DNA from: Myxococcota bacterium
Lineage (GTDB): Bacteria; Myxococcota_A; UBA796
DNA: 64,000 bases
Reading direction: 5' to 3'
Assembly: GCA_029251165.1 (NCBI GenBank)
Contig: JAQXDW010000052.1
Coordinates: forward strand, 1,736-65,735
A program made the position numbers and the translations under genes. Positions 54,426 through 63,864 of this stretch are shown piece after piece (within the stretch, counting starts at the first letter, position 1; each line of letters begins with the position of its first letter). Under the pieces are notes generated by a model. That model worked only from the letters and a program-made list of their open reading frames with translations, did no database searches and was not told the DNA's origin.

Positions 54426-55493
54426 ATGATCATCATCGCATTCGTCCTCATCGCACTCTTCGCACTCTTCACCTACCGGAAGCAGGCTGCGGAGCTGGAG
54501 CGGCTGTGGAAGTCGCTGGCCGCAGAGCGCGGCCTCCAGTGGCAGCCTGGCGGCCTGCTTTCGTACCCACAGCTCGTCGGTGAGCATCGCAGCTACGCCG
54601 TCACCATCACCATCACGTCTCGCTCACAAGGAAAGAGCAAGATTCCATACACCACCGTCACCGTCAGCCCTCAGCGCCCGCTCCCTCCCCAGCTCCGCAT
54701 CACCCAGGAGGACTTCATGGATGCGATGAGCAAGATGCTCGGCGGACAGGACATCACGATTGGGGACGACCTCCTCGATCCACAGCTTCGGTTTCGCAGC
54801 TCCGATCCCGGGGCTACACGAGCCCTGTTTGCCGATCCCGAGCTGCGCCAGGCCATCGGGAGCCTGTCCAACGGCTGCCCCTACAGTCGCCTGGAGAGCG
54901 AGCAGCTCGTCCTGGAGACGAGAGGACGGCTCAACGCCGACCTCGGTGAGATGCTCGACGACACCATCATGATGGCCGCTGCCCTGGATGATGCACGGAT
55001 CAGGCCCTGGCAAGACATCGCCAGCCGGCTGGCGCTGGTGCTGAGCGACAGCCGACGCCGGGTGACCCTCACCGGCAGCCACCGAGGTCGGCAGGTCTTC
55101 CTCAGCGTGAACTTCGCAGCCAACCGCACGATCATCGACGTACCCGTCACGGGACTGCCCGCTCAGCTCACGATCACGAAGGGCGACAAGCCCGACGCCA
55201 TCCGGCTGGGGGATCCCATCCTCGACGGCATGCTCTCCGTCACCGGGAGCGACCCAGAAGCCATCCGAGCGCTGCTCCGAGATGACACCCTGCGCGGTGA
55301 GCTGCTCGCCGTCCTCCACGCCTGGCCCGGCTCTCAGCTCACGCCCAAGGGAGTCCAGCTCGTCATGCCCGGCGCGGCGGCGGTGGACCTGGAGGCACGG
55401 CTGGAGGAGACGACGGCCCTGGCGAGCACCCTGGCGCGTCGGCTGGCGCAGCGGCACGCGCGCGGAGGCGAGCGCCAGCCAGTGTCGTCGTGA
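54426..55493 (+). CDS. membrane-anchored hypothetical protein with an internal tandem duplication
   Basis: N-terminal TM helix MIIIAFVLIALFALFTY. Two homologous ~130-150-aa modules (GEHRSYAVTITI...LRITQEDF...SSDPGATRALFADPELR and GSHRGRQVFLSV...LTITKGDK...GSDPEAIRALLRDDTLR). Confidence 0.75.
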   Translation: MIIIAFVLIALFALFTYRKQAAELERLWKSLAAERGLQWQPGGLLSYPQLVGEHRSYAVTITITSRSQGKSKIPYTTVTVSPQRPLPPQLRITQEDFMDAMSKMLGGQDITIGDDLLDPQLRFRSSDPGATRALFADPELRQAIGSLSNGCPYSRLESEQLVLETRGRLNADLGEMLDDTIMMAAALDDARIRPWQDIASRLALVLSDSRRRVTLTGSHRGRQVFLSVNFAANRTIIDVPVTGLPAQLTITKGDKPDAIRLGDPILDGMLSVTGSDPEAIRALLRDDTLRGELLAVLHAWPGSQLTPKGVQLVMPGAAAVDLEARLEETTALASTLARRLAQRHARGGERQPVSS

Positions 55494-55636
55494 GCCCTGA
55501 CCGGAGCCGGTGATGCCGTCGCCCCCAGCGGGAGCACCTGGGGCCCCTTCGCGCCGAGCGGCCACGTGAGGTCACCGTCAGGCTGCCCGACGGCCTGCAC
55601 ACCCCACGCATCCTCGACCAGGGTTATCTGCGAGGC

Positions 55637-56392
55637 ATGAACCAGCACATCCAGGTTGAGACGCGCGATCGTGTTCAGCGCATCGTCATCGACCGCCGCC
55701 ACAAGAAGAACGCCCTGACGCCGGCGATGTACACCGCCATCGCCGATGCCCTGGAGGCTGCCGAGGCCAGCGACGACGTCCGGGTCCACTACATCACCGG
55801 AGCCGGCACCGTCTTCACCGCCGGCAACGACATGGCGACCTTCCTCAACCCCGGGGAATTCATGGCGCCGGTCGTGCGGTTCCTCACCGCCATCCGGGAC
55901 GCAAAGAAGCCACTCGTCATCGCCGTCAACGGCGCAGCCATCGGGGTCGGAGTGACGATGCTGCTGCACGCTGACCTCGTCTATGCTGCAGCCAGTGCCC
56001 GACTGCGAACACCGTTCGTTGACCTCGGCCTGGTCCCGGAGGCGGGCAGCTCGCTGCTGATGCCGCTGACCATGGGCCACACCCGGGCTGCGGAGCTGCT
56101 GCTGCTCGGCGAGACGCTGTCTGCACAGCGCGCCTGCGAGAGCCTCCTGGTCAATGCAGTCCTCGACGACGACGACCTCCAGGATCACGCCATGGCAAGG
56201 GCCGTCGCGCTCGCCCGCCGGGCTCCGGCTGCCGTGCGCGCCAGCAAGGCGCTGATGCGTCGGGCCAACCACACCGGGCTCACGGAGACAATGGACGAAG
56301 AGTACCGGGTGTTCGCCGAGCGCCTGGCCTCCCCGGAGCTTGCCGAGGCGGTCGCGGCGTTTCTCGAGAAGCGCGCCCCGGAGTTCTCCTGA
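55637..56392 (+). CDS. enoyl-CoA hydratase/isomerase (crotonase) family protein
   Basis: RRHKKNALT, GAGTVFTAGNDM and AVNGAAIGVGVTMLLHADL motifs. Confidence 0.9.
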   Translation: MNQHIQVETRDRVQRIVIDRRHKKNALTPAMYTAIADALEAAEASDDVRVHYITGAGTVFTAGNDMATFLNPGEFMAPVVRFLTAIRDAKKPLVIAVNGAAIGVGVTMLLHADLVYAAASARLRTPFVDLGLVPEAGSSLLMPLTMGHTRAAELLLLGETLSAQRACESLLVNAVLDDDDLQDHAMARAVALARRAPAAVRASKALMRRANHTGLTETMDEEYRVFAERLASPELAEAVAAFLEKRAPEFS

Positions 56393-56556
56393 CCCTCCAC
56401 CTCACCCGCTCCTGACCGCTTCATCCACCGCTCAGAATCGTCCTGCAAGAAGCGGTCAGCGGCACTGCACGCTCGCCTCCTCCGAGGCTTGGGTACTGGC
56501 GGGCGGCAGCCATGGCGGGAGCGATGTCGTGGAGGGGGACTGGACAGCCATGGACG

Positions 56557-57378
56557 CTACTGGACCGCGACCGATCCCGACCACAGCCCCACGCCCCCGC
56601 GCCCGTCGATGATCACCACCCAGATGGGCACGTCAACGCCACCATCATCGGGAGCGAACCACTTGTACTCCTGGGTGGTCTCCTCGGCGGTCAGCGGGGT
56701 GAAGTCCAGGCCCCAGCCCCCAGCGGTGGTGTAGCCCCACAGCCCGCCCTCCAGCTCAAAGTCGCCCGTGACGTCACAGTCAAACACCAGCGGCTCTCCA
56801 GCGGCCACAGACATCTCTCCAGTCTGCGGGGTGCAGGCGACGGTCGGATTGACCAGACGCTCCGCCTCGCTGCGGTTGGACAGCGAGATGGTGCGCAGCG
56901 ACAGGCTGACGCCCTCAAATGGCAGCTCAGCCAGCCACGTCGTCGGATCCGTGAGATCATCCCGCAGCGCGTCGGTGTCGTCGTCTCGGGCCGTGTCGAA
57001 GATCGGGCAGGTGCCTGGGATGCAGGCCAGCGTCCAGTGGCTGACCAGGGGGAGCGGCTCCTCGGAGAGCGCCGACGACAGCGCCTTGGAGACGGTGTAG
57101 TCCGTGGAGATGGTGTCAGACTCCGGCGCATCCTCCAGGATTAGCCCCGACCAGGACTCCTCGGAGAGCGCCTCCAGGCAGTCCTCTCCAGTGAACGTGC
57201 AGGTCCAGGAGAGGAACTCGAAGCCCTCATCGAGGGGGTCGACCACCACCGCCTCCAGCGCGACGGTCTCTCCGGCGGTGGCCTCGGGCGGGTCAGCGAG
57301 AACAGCGACCGTGCGCAGCTCGTCGATGAGGGTCTCCGGAGCAGGGCCGCTCGCGCAGGCAAAGAACAGGATCACCAC
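56557..57378 (-). CDS. hypothetical lipoprotein co-transcribed with the TonB-dependent receptor
   Basis: MVILFFACASG lipobox. Overlaps the receptor stop by 7 nt. Confidence 0.75.
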   Translation of the reverse strand: MVILFFACASGPAPETLIDELRTVAVLADPPEATAGETVALEAVVVDPLDEGFEFLSWTCTFTGEDCLEALSEESWSGLILEDAPESDTISTDYTVSKALSSALSEEPLPLVSHWTLACIPGTCPIFDTARDDDTDALRDDLTDPTTWLAELPFEGVSLSLRTISLSNRSEAERLVNPTVACTPQTGEMSVAAGEPLVFDCDVTGDFELEGGLWGYTTAGGWGLDFTPLTAEETTQEYKWFAPDDGGVDVPIWVVIIDGRGGVGLWSGSVAVQ

Positions 57379-59861
57379 TCCCCCTTGAGGCCAAAGGCTG
57401 GCAGCGGCGGGTTGGAGGTCAGGGGCTGCAGCTCGCTGAAGTCATAGGACCATCCGATGACCTCCGCGCTCTGGATCAGGACGATGTTCTGGATGTCGAG
57501 GTAGGCCATCATCTTCCACTTTCGGTAGGTGATCGTGCGGTCAATGCGCAGATCGAGGCTGAACAGCGGCGGCAGACGGGCGCTGCTGCGCTCGCCATAG
57601 ACCGGGATAAACCCCCGGCTGGCCTGATCGTAGATGCTGTTGACGATCGGGGTGTAGGGGTTGCCGGACGTGTACCGCAGCCGAGCACCCAGGCGCCAGT
57701 TCTTCGGCAAGGTCTGAGACCACAGACCGTTGACGATGATCGGCTGGTCGTAGGTGAACAGCTCGACGGGATCATCGGGACGGTCCTGGCGCTCGGAGCG
57801 CGAGAAGGTCGCGGTGAGCAGGCCGACCGCTGCCGGACCATCGTAGCGCAGCAGGGTCTCGATGCCGTAGACCCGACCGGTCCCGTCGTTGGCGTAGTCA
57901 CCAGTGTCAAACGGGCCGACCGGGGGCGGACCAGAGAAGAACTGGAAGCGATCCTCCCGACCGACGATGAGGTTGTTCAGATCGTTGTAGAACCCAGTGA
58001 CCTCGCCGCGAAGGTTTCCAGTGATCTGCTGCTTGAGGCCGAGGCTGCTCTGAAGCGCATAGCCCTCGTCGAGGTCTGGATTGCCGCCTCCAGGAGCGAC
58101 CTGCCGCAGCGAGGGCGGTGCAGAGAACCGACCAACGCTGCCCTCGAGTCGGGTGTTGTCGGTCAGCAGGAAGCGTGCTGCGAAGCGGGGATCAAGCGTG
58201 TAGGTAGAGTGCTCTACGCTGTAGAGACTGGCGTCACCACGGAGGCCGGGGATGAGGGTGAGCTTGCCGAGCCGGGCAGAGGCTTCAGCGTAGACCGCCG
58301 GCTGAAAGACCACAGCCTCCTCTGCCTCGGGGTCACCGAATCCGGCGATATCGTAGGAGTAGGACTCGGTGCCTGTGAGGATGTCCACACCCGCCCGCAT
58401 GCCGAGGTTGGTGTCTGGAGAGAGCATACGACCGAACTCGCTGCGCAGGGCAACGCTCAGTCGCTCCTCATAGGCCTCGGAGTCACCCGTGAACTCAAAC
58501 TCTCGACGCTCCGGTCCCACGCTCAGCGTCGTCTCCTGCTGCCAGCCTCCGCCCCAGGCTTGCTGACGACGGATCCGACCGCGCTGAAAGCTGTCGGCCA
58601 GCGAGACCGTGATGTCCTCTTCCGCACCGATAAACCGGAAGCTGTCATCAGAGAGGTAGAACAAGGCATCCCAGTCTGCGCCGCGCTTGTCTTCGTGCAG
58701 CAGCCGGACCTGGGCATCGTAGTAGCGGGGGGCCTGGACGGTGGCGGTGCCGTTGCTGAGGATCGGGGTGAGCACCGCGTCGATGTAAGACCGCCGACCA
58801 GAGACCGACAGCGCGGTCTTCTCGCCGATCTTGCGCTCAATGAATGCGGTGGACTGGTAGAGGTCGACGGAGATGTAGCCGCGAGAGCGCTCCGGAAGCT
58901 CTGAGGAGGTGCGGAGGTCGACCAGGCCGCCCAGGGCCCGGCCATAGCGGACCGAGTAGTTGCCCGGCAGGTAGGCGACCTCAGAGATCGAGTCCGAGTT
59001 GATGACCGCAGTGAGCCCCGAGAAGTGAAAGACCAGCGGAATCGGCGAGCCGTCGATGAAGAATCGGGAGTCCTCTGGGGCGGTGCCGCGGATGATGAGC
59101 TGGCCGATGCCCAGCGGCGCGCGGGCAACACCGGGGAGGTTCTGGACGACCTTGACCACGTCGCCATTGGTTCCGGGCAGGTACTGGACCTCCTCTGCGG
59201 TCAGGCGACGCTCAGTGATCTCCGAGGTGATCCGCTCTGCCTCGATGACCAGCTCCTCAGACGAGGCGAACGCATCGGCGCGCGCATCGCGGGTGAGGTA
59301 GAGCTTGAGCTGCGCGACCTGTCCATCGCTGACCGTGACCGTCTCAGTGATGCGCTGAAAGGACCCCCCGTAGGCTGCGATGACCCAGGGCCCTGGAGTG
59401 AGTCCAGCGAAGGAGAAGCCGCCAGAGGCATCCGAGATCGCCAGGGCGGTGATGTTGTCCGGTCCAAGAGCCCGCAGCTCGATGCCGGACAGCGCCGTGC
59501 GGATTCCAGCCTCGACCACGCTGCCCTCCAGCGACAGCGGCGGTGCGGTGTCTGCAGAGAACACAAGGCTGTACTGAATGATCGCCGGGACCGGAACCCC
59601 CTCAGCAGACAGCGCGGGAGTGAACCGGAAGCTCCGAGCCGCGAGCAGAGCGGCTGTGTCGAAGCCCTCACCGACCGGCTCGACCACCCGAGCGTCAATG
59701 ACCTCGCCGAGCTCTGAGACCGTCAGCTCCAGCAGGACCGACGCACCCGTCCCTTCGGCGAGGGCCTCCGGTGGGTAGGTCGCTGGTGCCTCATAGGTGA
59801 GCACCGGCAGCTGAGGCTCAGCGGCGACGGCGCTGAGGAGTGAGAGGAGAAGAAGCAGCAT
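57372..59861 (-). CDS. TonB-dependent outer-membrane receptor with an N-terminal TonB-C-like domain and a carboxypeptidase-regulatory-like domain
   Basis: Signal peptide. YPPEALAEGTGASVLLELTVSELGEVIDARVV (TonB_C-like). Plug region (VQYLPGTNGDVVKVVQNLPGV). Long beta-barrel ending ...FGLKGEW (aromatic terminus). Confidence 0.9.
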   Translation of the reverse strand: MLLLLLSLLSAVAAEPQLPVLTYEAPATYPPEALAEGTGASVLLELTVSELGEVIDARVVEPVGEGFDTAALLAARSFRFTPALSAEGVPVPAIIQYSLVFSADTAPPLSLEGSVVEAGIRTALSGIELRALGPDNITALAISDASGGFSFAGLTPGPWVIAAYGGSFQRITETVTVSDGQVAQLKLYLTRDARADAFASSEELVIEAERITSEITERRLTAEEVQYLPGTNGDVVKVVQNLPGVARAPLGIGQLIIRGTAPEDSRFFIDGSPIPLVFHFSGLTAVINSDSISEVAYLPGNYSVRYGRALGGLVDLRTSSELPERSRGYISVDLYQSTAFIERKIGEKTALSVSGRRSYIDAVLTPILSNGTATVQAPRYYDAQVRLLHEDKRGADWDALFYLSDDSFRFIGAEEDITVSLADSFQRGRIRRQQAWGGGWQQETTLSVGPERREFEFTGDSEAYEERLSVALRSEFGRMLSPDTNLGMRAGVDILTGTESYSYDIAGFGDPEAEEAVVFQPAVYAEASARLGKLTLIPGLRGDASLYSVEHSTYTLDPRFAARFLLTDNTRLEGSVGRFSAPPSLRQVAPGGGNPDLDEGYALQSSLGLKQQITGNLRGEVTGFYNDLNNLIVGREDRFQFFSGPPPVGPFDTGDYANDGTGRVYGIETLLRYDGPAAVGLLTATFSRSERQDRPDDPVELFTYDQPIIVNGLWSQTLPKNWRLGARLRYTSGNPYTPIVNSIYDQASRGFIPVYGERSSARLPPLFSLDLRIDRTITYRKWKMMAYLDIQNIVLIQSAEVIGWSYDFSELQPLTSNPPLPAFGLKGEW

Positions 59862-59931
59862 GGATCCATTCGGCGTGAGGTGACGGACTCTGATCGCGAT
59901 CTCGCTGACACCAACCGCTTACCCTCTCCGG

Positions 59932-60030
59932 ATATACTTTGCGCACTTTTCGCATACAGTACAAAAATTTAACTCACTAAAAACAACTACGAAATATACT
60001 TTATTTTAAATTTAGCTTCGCATACAGTAC
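59932..60030. promoter_or_regulatory. AT-rich promoter region with two copies of a composite direct repeat (ATATACTTT ... CGCATACAGTAC)
   Basis: ATATACTTT at 59932-59940 and 59994-60002. CGCATACAGTAC at 59951-59962 and 60019-60030. GC content falls sharply here, immediately upstream of the receptor start (59861). Confidence 0.5.
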
Positions 60031-60091
60031 GATGACTCTGCGCCGTTCTGGGCGTGTGACGCCATTCGCTGAAGACGGCCACCCTGCCGGT

Positions 60092-61594
60092 CTACTCGTA
60101 CTGACAGCCGCTCCGCTCATCGATCCACCGCGCCCGGGTCTTCACGATCCCCAGCGCCTTCGCGGTCACCGTCTTCTCCTCGATGTCGATCTTCAGCTTC
60201 ACGATGTCCGGACTCGCCCGCACCCAGTCCGTGCAGTACGCCTCGTCCTGCTCCATGACAAACAGGCACGAGCAGGCCAGCCTCGCTCCATAGTTCGACG
60301 CGATCCGCAGCAGTCCGGTGTCGAACTCCAGCGGCACGCTCTCAGCGAGCGTCCCGGTCGGCTCTGCCATCGGCTCGGGAACCGGCGGCAGGTCATGCAC
60401 GGTCGACTCGCCCACCGCCATGGACAGCGCGAACAGGTCGTTGTTGTCGAACATGCCGTCCCGATCATCGCCGACCCGAACGATCACCATGTCGTGCGAC
60501 GGGATCATGACGATGCGCTGCTTCCAGTGCCCCTGTGCGGCATAGGCGGTGACCGGAGCGGCCGTCCACGGCGGCGTGGTGTCTCCCAGGGCGACCACCG
60601 GCTGGTTCAGCCAGACCTGCCAGCCCTGAGAGCCGGTGGTGCGGTCGAGGGCAGTCTGCTGGATCGCAGCGGAGACGCTGGTCGCGGACATCACCCAGCC
60701 CTCCGGCAGCACCCGATCCCCCATCCAGCAGCCGTCATCCAGCCACAGGTGTCCGAAGCGGGCCAGGGAGCGCGGCGGGGCGTAGAGGTAGGAGCTTCCG
60801 ACGAGGGTGCCGGCGCCGTCCTCCTCCCAGACCACGCCCTCCATTCCCAGCGGCTCGAACAGGGCACTCCAGGCGTAGTCCTCGCCGTACTTCGGCACCA
60901 TCGCTGCTTGGAGAACCGCAGCCAGCAGGGTGGTGTCGCCGGAGCTGTACTGCCAGGTCGAGCCCGGCTCGGAGGCCCGCGCAGCGCTGGAGATGAACGC
61001 AGACATGTCGTCGATGCCGTCGCCATAGAGCATCGAGACCACTGAGGAAGTGGTCGGCGGATCGCCCTCGTAGGTCTCCCGCCACTGCAAGCCGCTGGAG
61101 AACGTCAGCAGATCCTCGACCGTGATCACGCAGTTGTCAGGGTTGGTCGGCGTGATGTGATCGCAGATGGAGGCGTCGAGGCTCAGCAGACCGTCGCGAA
61201 CAGCGATGGCGGTCAGGGCACTGGTGAAGGTCTTGGAGGCCGACCAGGTCAGGTGCGGGCTCTCTGCGGTGTAGCCGCGATCGTAGCGCTCATACAGCAG
61301 CGCGCCGCCCTGGTAGACCAGCAGCCCCTCGGTGCGAATCCCCAGACGCTCAGCCTCGTCTTCTTCCGACAGCTCTGGAAAGGCCCAGGCCTCCAGGGCC
61401 GCGATCGCCTCAGGCCTCGCCGCCGCAGTCTCCGCAGTGGCGTCGGTGAATTCACCGGACCACTCGCGGGGCCGACAGGTCGGCAGCGGCTCCTCTGGCG
61501 GTGCTGCAAGGGCCTCTACAAGCGGCTCTGCAGGCGGCTCTGCGACCTCTTGAGCAGCTGCAGTCAGAGACAGGATGGGGATCAAGGGGAGCAC
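60092..61594 (-). CDS. beta-lactamase-family (class C/esterase-like) serine hydrolase, secreted
   Basis: Signal peptide, S-x-x-K (WSASKTFTS) and YSSGDT (Y-x-N-like) motifs. Confidence 0.9.
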   Translation of the reverse strand: MLPLIPILSLTAAAQEVAEPPAEPLVEALAAPPEEPLPTCRPREWSGEFTDATAETAAARPEAIAALEAWAFPELSEEDEAERLGIRTEGLLVYQGGALLYERYDRGYTAESPHLTWSASKTFTSALTAIAVRDGLLSLDASICDHITPTNPDNCVITVEDLLTFSSGLQWRETYEGDPPTTSSVVSMLYGDGIDDMSAFISSAARASEPGSTWQYSSGDTTLLAAVLQAAMVPKYGEDYAWSALFEPLGMEGVVWEEDGAGTLVGSSYLYAPPRSLARFGHLWLDDGCWMGDRVLPEGWVMSATSVSAAIQQTALDRTTGSQGWQVWLNQPVVALGDTTPPWTAAPVTAYAAQGHWKQRIVMIPSHDMVIVRVGDDRDGMFDNNDLFALSMAVGESTVHDLPPVPEPMAEPTGTLAESVPLEFDTGLLRIASNYGARLACSCLFVMEQDEAYCTDWVRASPDIVKLKIDIEEKTVTAKALGIVKTRARWIDERSGCQYE

Positions 61595-61607
61595 GGCGCC
61601 TCCAGGG

Positions 61608-61835
61608 CTACCGGGCAGTGTACCCCGTCTCCCCCATCGACAGCACCATTCCCCATCCCGACAGGCCGACCAGAAAGACGCCGATGAGCGTGCTGGACAC
61701 CATGACTCCTGGAACAGGGTGCTCCCACCACCACCAGATCATCCCGACACCGCTGCTGCCGAGCACCAACAGAAAGAGCTGGAGGAGGCTCGATGCAGAA
61801 ATGCTCTGGTCTGAAGACATGTCCATATCGAACAC
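61608..61835 (-). CDS. possible small membrane protein
   Basis: 75-aa ORF with two hydrophobic helices (LLQLFLLVLGSSGVGMIWWWW, LIGVFLVGLSGWGMVL). Co-oriented, 13 nt upstream of the hydrolase gene. Confidence 0.4.
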   Translation of the reverse strand: MFDMDMSSDQSISASSLLQLFLLVLGSSGVGMIWWWWEHPVPGVMVSSTLIGVFLVGLSGWGMVLSMGETGYTAR

Positions 61836-61951
61836 GTCGGATACAGCCGGGAGGACTTGAGGGGTGGCCGATTAAACTCCGCAACCTCGCCCATCATGAG
61901 TCGGCCTCAGGGCATCTGCGGCAGCACGTGTGGAGTCGGCGCAGCAGCGCC

Positions 61952-62779
61952 TCACCTCACCGAGGCCCCTGCCTGTCCACCCGACACGCACGCCTCACGA
62001 CGCACAGCGATCGCCACAGCATGCCAGCCCAGCCCGATGACATCTGCACGCCCAGCAGTCGCCTCGATCGCCGCCATCACCTCTGCAAACACCGGCTTCC
62101 CCTCCAGCGCCCGCAGCTGTGCCCCGTACCCTGCCCCCAGTCCTCGCAGTGAGACCACGGCACGCACCTCGAACGCTGGCGTGAGGGCCTCGACCAGCGC
62201 CTCGGGATGGGGGAAGTAGCTGCCGGCGAGGTGCCCGGTGCGCAGCGCCTCTGACAGCACACCAGGGACCAGCCGCGCCGGCTCCACCGCCGCCCGGGCG
62301 ATGAAGTCAGAGAGCCCGGAGATCCTCGGAATGAAGGCCGCGAGCAGCACACCGCCTGGCCGAAGGACAGCGGCGATCTGCGCAAGGAACCCAGCCAGCT
62401 CATCGGCGTCTGCGGCATGGTAGAGCGGCCCGAGGGCGAGCACGGCATCGAACGGCGCGCCGGGGAGCGCTGAGAGGTCTGCGGCATCGGCGACCAGGGT
62501 GGTCGCAGAGAGCCCTGCGTCCAGGAGGCGCGTCCGGGCCTCCGCGACCAGCTCCGGAGAGAGATCGGCCAGGGTCACGACGTCGCCGCGCTGTGCGAGG
62601 TGGAGGGCATAGCGGCCCGGACCGCCCCCGAGATCCAGCACCCGACTGCCGACGGGGATGTGTCGCGCGATGAGGCCGAGGGTCCGACGGTGCTCCAGCC
62701 AGCCCTCGTCACCCGCCAGCCGCGACCACTCCGCGCCGTCGGCGTACCACGCCCTCAGCCGATCGCGATCCGCCGGCAC
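61952..62779 (-). CDS. class I SAM-dependent methyltransferase
   Basis: Motif I VLDLGGGPGRYALHLAQRG, followed by an acidic residue (TLADLS). Confidence 0.85.
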   Translation of the reverse strand: MPADRDRLRAWYADGAEWSRLAGDEGWLEHRRTLGLIARHIPVGSRVLDLGGGPGRYALHLAQRGDVVTLADLSPELVAEARTRLLDAGLSATTLVADAADLSALPGAPFDAVLALGPLYHAADADELAGFLAQIAAVLRPGGVLLAAFIPRISGLSDFIARAAVEPARLVPGVLSEALRTGHLAGSYFPHPEALVEALTPAFEVRAVVSLRGLGAGYGAQLRALEGKPVFAEVMAAIEATAGRADVIGLGWHAVAIAVRREACVSGGQAGASVR

Positions 62780-63763
62780 TCAGGGCGCCGTCGGTACCGG
62801 CTCGGTCTCGTCCAGCGCGCTGTCGCGGACCCGCTCGGCGGGGGTGTGCTTGACCAGGAAGTCGCCGATGGTCTCGATGACCTGGTCGGTGTTGTCTGGA
62901 GAGGCAATGTCTCCAGCGAGCACATGATCCGAGTCCATGCCGCCGTGGAGGATCTGCACCGACTCCACGGGCTGACCGCCCATCTCTTCCATGCGCTCTT
63001 CGACCAAGTCAGGCCGAATGACCTGATCGTTGGGGGAGTAGATGACCAGGGTGGGCTGGCGGTTGCCGCTGAGATCGATCTTCTCGACCAGCCGGACCAG
63101 CTCCATCATCGGGAACAGCGCCGTGGTCGGGTAGCGGGTCGTCCAGTACTTCCCTTGCTGGGCGTTGCCCGGCTCCCACTCCCGATACTCCCCGACGAGC
63201 AGCCGGGTGAGGATTCCGCGACCGGGCATCAGCAGCATCCGACTGCCAGCAGCCTGGGGGCCAAAGTTGGGAGAGAGGAAGACGCTGGCGGCGATCTCCT
63301 CGTGCCGGGAGGCCAGCCAAGCGCCCAGGGTCGCGCCGGTCGAGGTTCCGATAATGATCACCTCGTCGCCCAGCGCGCGGCCAATCGCGAGGGCCTCCTC
63401 CGCCTCCACCAGCCAGTCTCGCAGCTGCGCCTCCGCCATCGCATCGTCGGAGCGACCATGGCCAGAGAGTCTGGCGAAGTAGGTGTTTGCGCCCAGCGAT
63501 GCCCCGAGATTCTCACACACCGGGGCGATCTCCTGGCGGGTGGCAGAGAAGCCATGGAAGTAGACCAGAGAGACCGCCGTCTTCTCGGGATTCTCTGGAT
63601 CGTTCCAGCGGATCGAGCGCTCGGCGCCCGGGACGATGTCGTTGAACCGACCCTCCGCGTCGGCAAGCCAGGCATCGTACTCCCCCAGGCGGGCGGGCAG
63701 CGGGTAGGCGTCCGGGAGATCGCTGGGCGTGCGAATGCAGGCGAGCAGGCTGAGGAACATCAT
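62780..63763 (-). CDS. alpha/beta hydrolase (lysophospholipase/monoglyceride-lipase-like) lipoprotein
   Basis: MMFLSLLAC lipobox, HGFSAT oxyanion motif, GTSTG nucleophile elbow, C-terminal GGMDSDHVLAG (catalytic His region). Confidence 0.85.
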   Translation of the reverse strand: MMFLSLLACIRTPSDLPDAYPLPARLGEYDAWLADAEGRFNDIVPGAERSIRWNDPENPEKTAVSLVYFHGFSATRQEIAPVCENLGASLGANTYFARLSGHGRSDDAMAEAQLRDWLVEAEEALAIGRALGDEVIIIGTSTGATLGAWLASRHEEIAASVFLSPNFGPQAAGSRMLLMPGRGILTRLLVGEYREWEPGNAQQGKYWTTRYPTTALFPMMELVRLVEKIDLSGNRQPTLVIYSPNDQVIRPDLVEERMEEMGGQPVESVQILHGGMDSDHVLAGDIASPDNTDQVIETIGDFLVKHTPAERVRDSALDETEPVPTAP

Positions 63764-63864
63764 GTCAGGAGACTACCGCTTGAGGACGCCCCACGCTGCC
63801 CTCGCGCGGATGCTGGACAGCCGCTGACCGGTGAACCCACCCCCGCACAGCATATATAGCCACC

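Noticed and set aside
56412-56459. 11-bp inverted repeat CTGACCGCTTC...GAAGCGGTCAG with a 26-nt loop between convergent genes.
   Set aside because: The loop is too large and there is no U-tract for a confident intrinsic terminator. Noted only as possible structure.
59945-60030. TACTGTATG in the AT-rich region considered as a LexA/SOS box, or the region as a Fur box.
   Set aside because: Only a half-site-like CTGT is present, without the palindromic partner. The repeats are direct, not inverted. There is no match to GATAATGATAATCATTATC.
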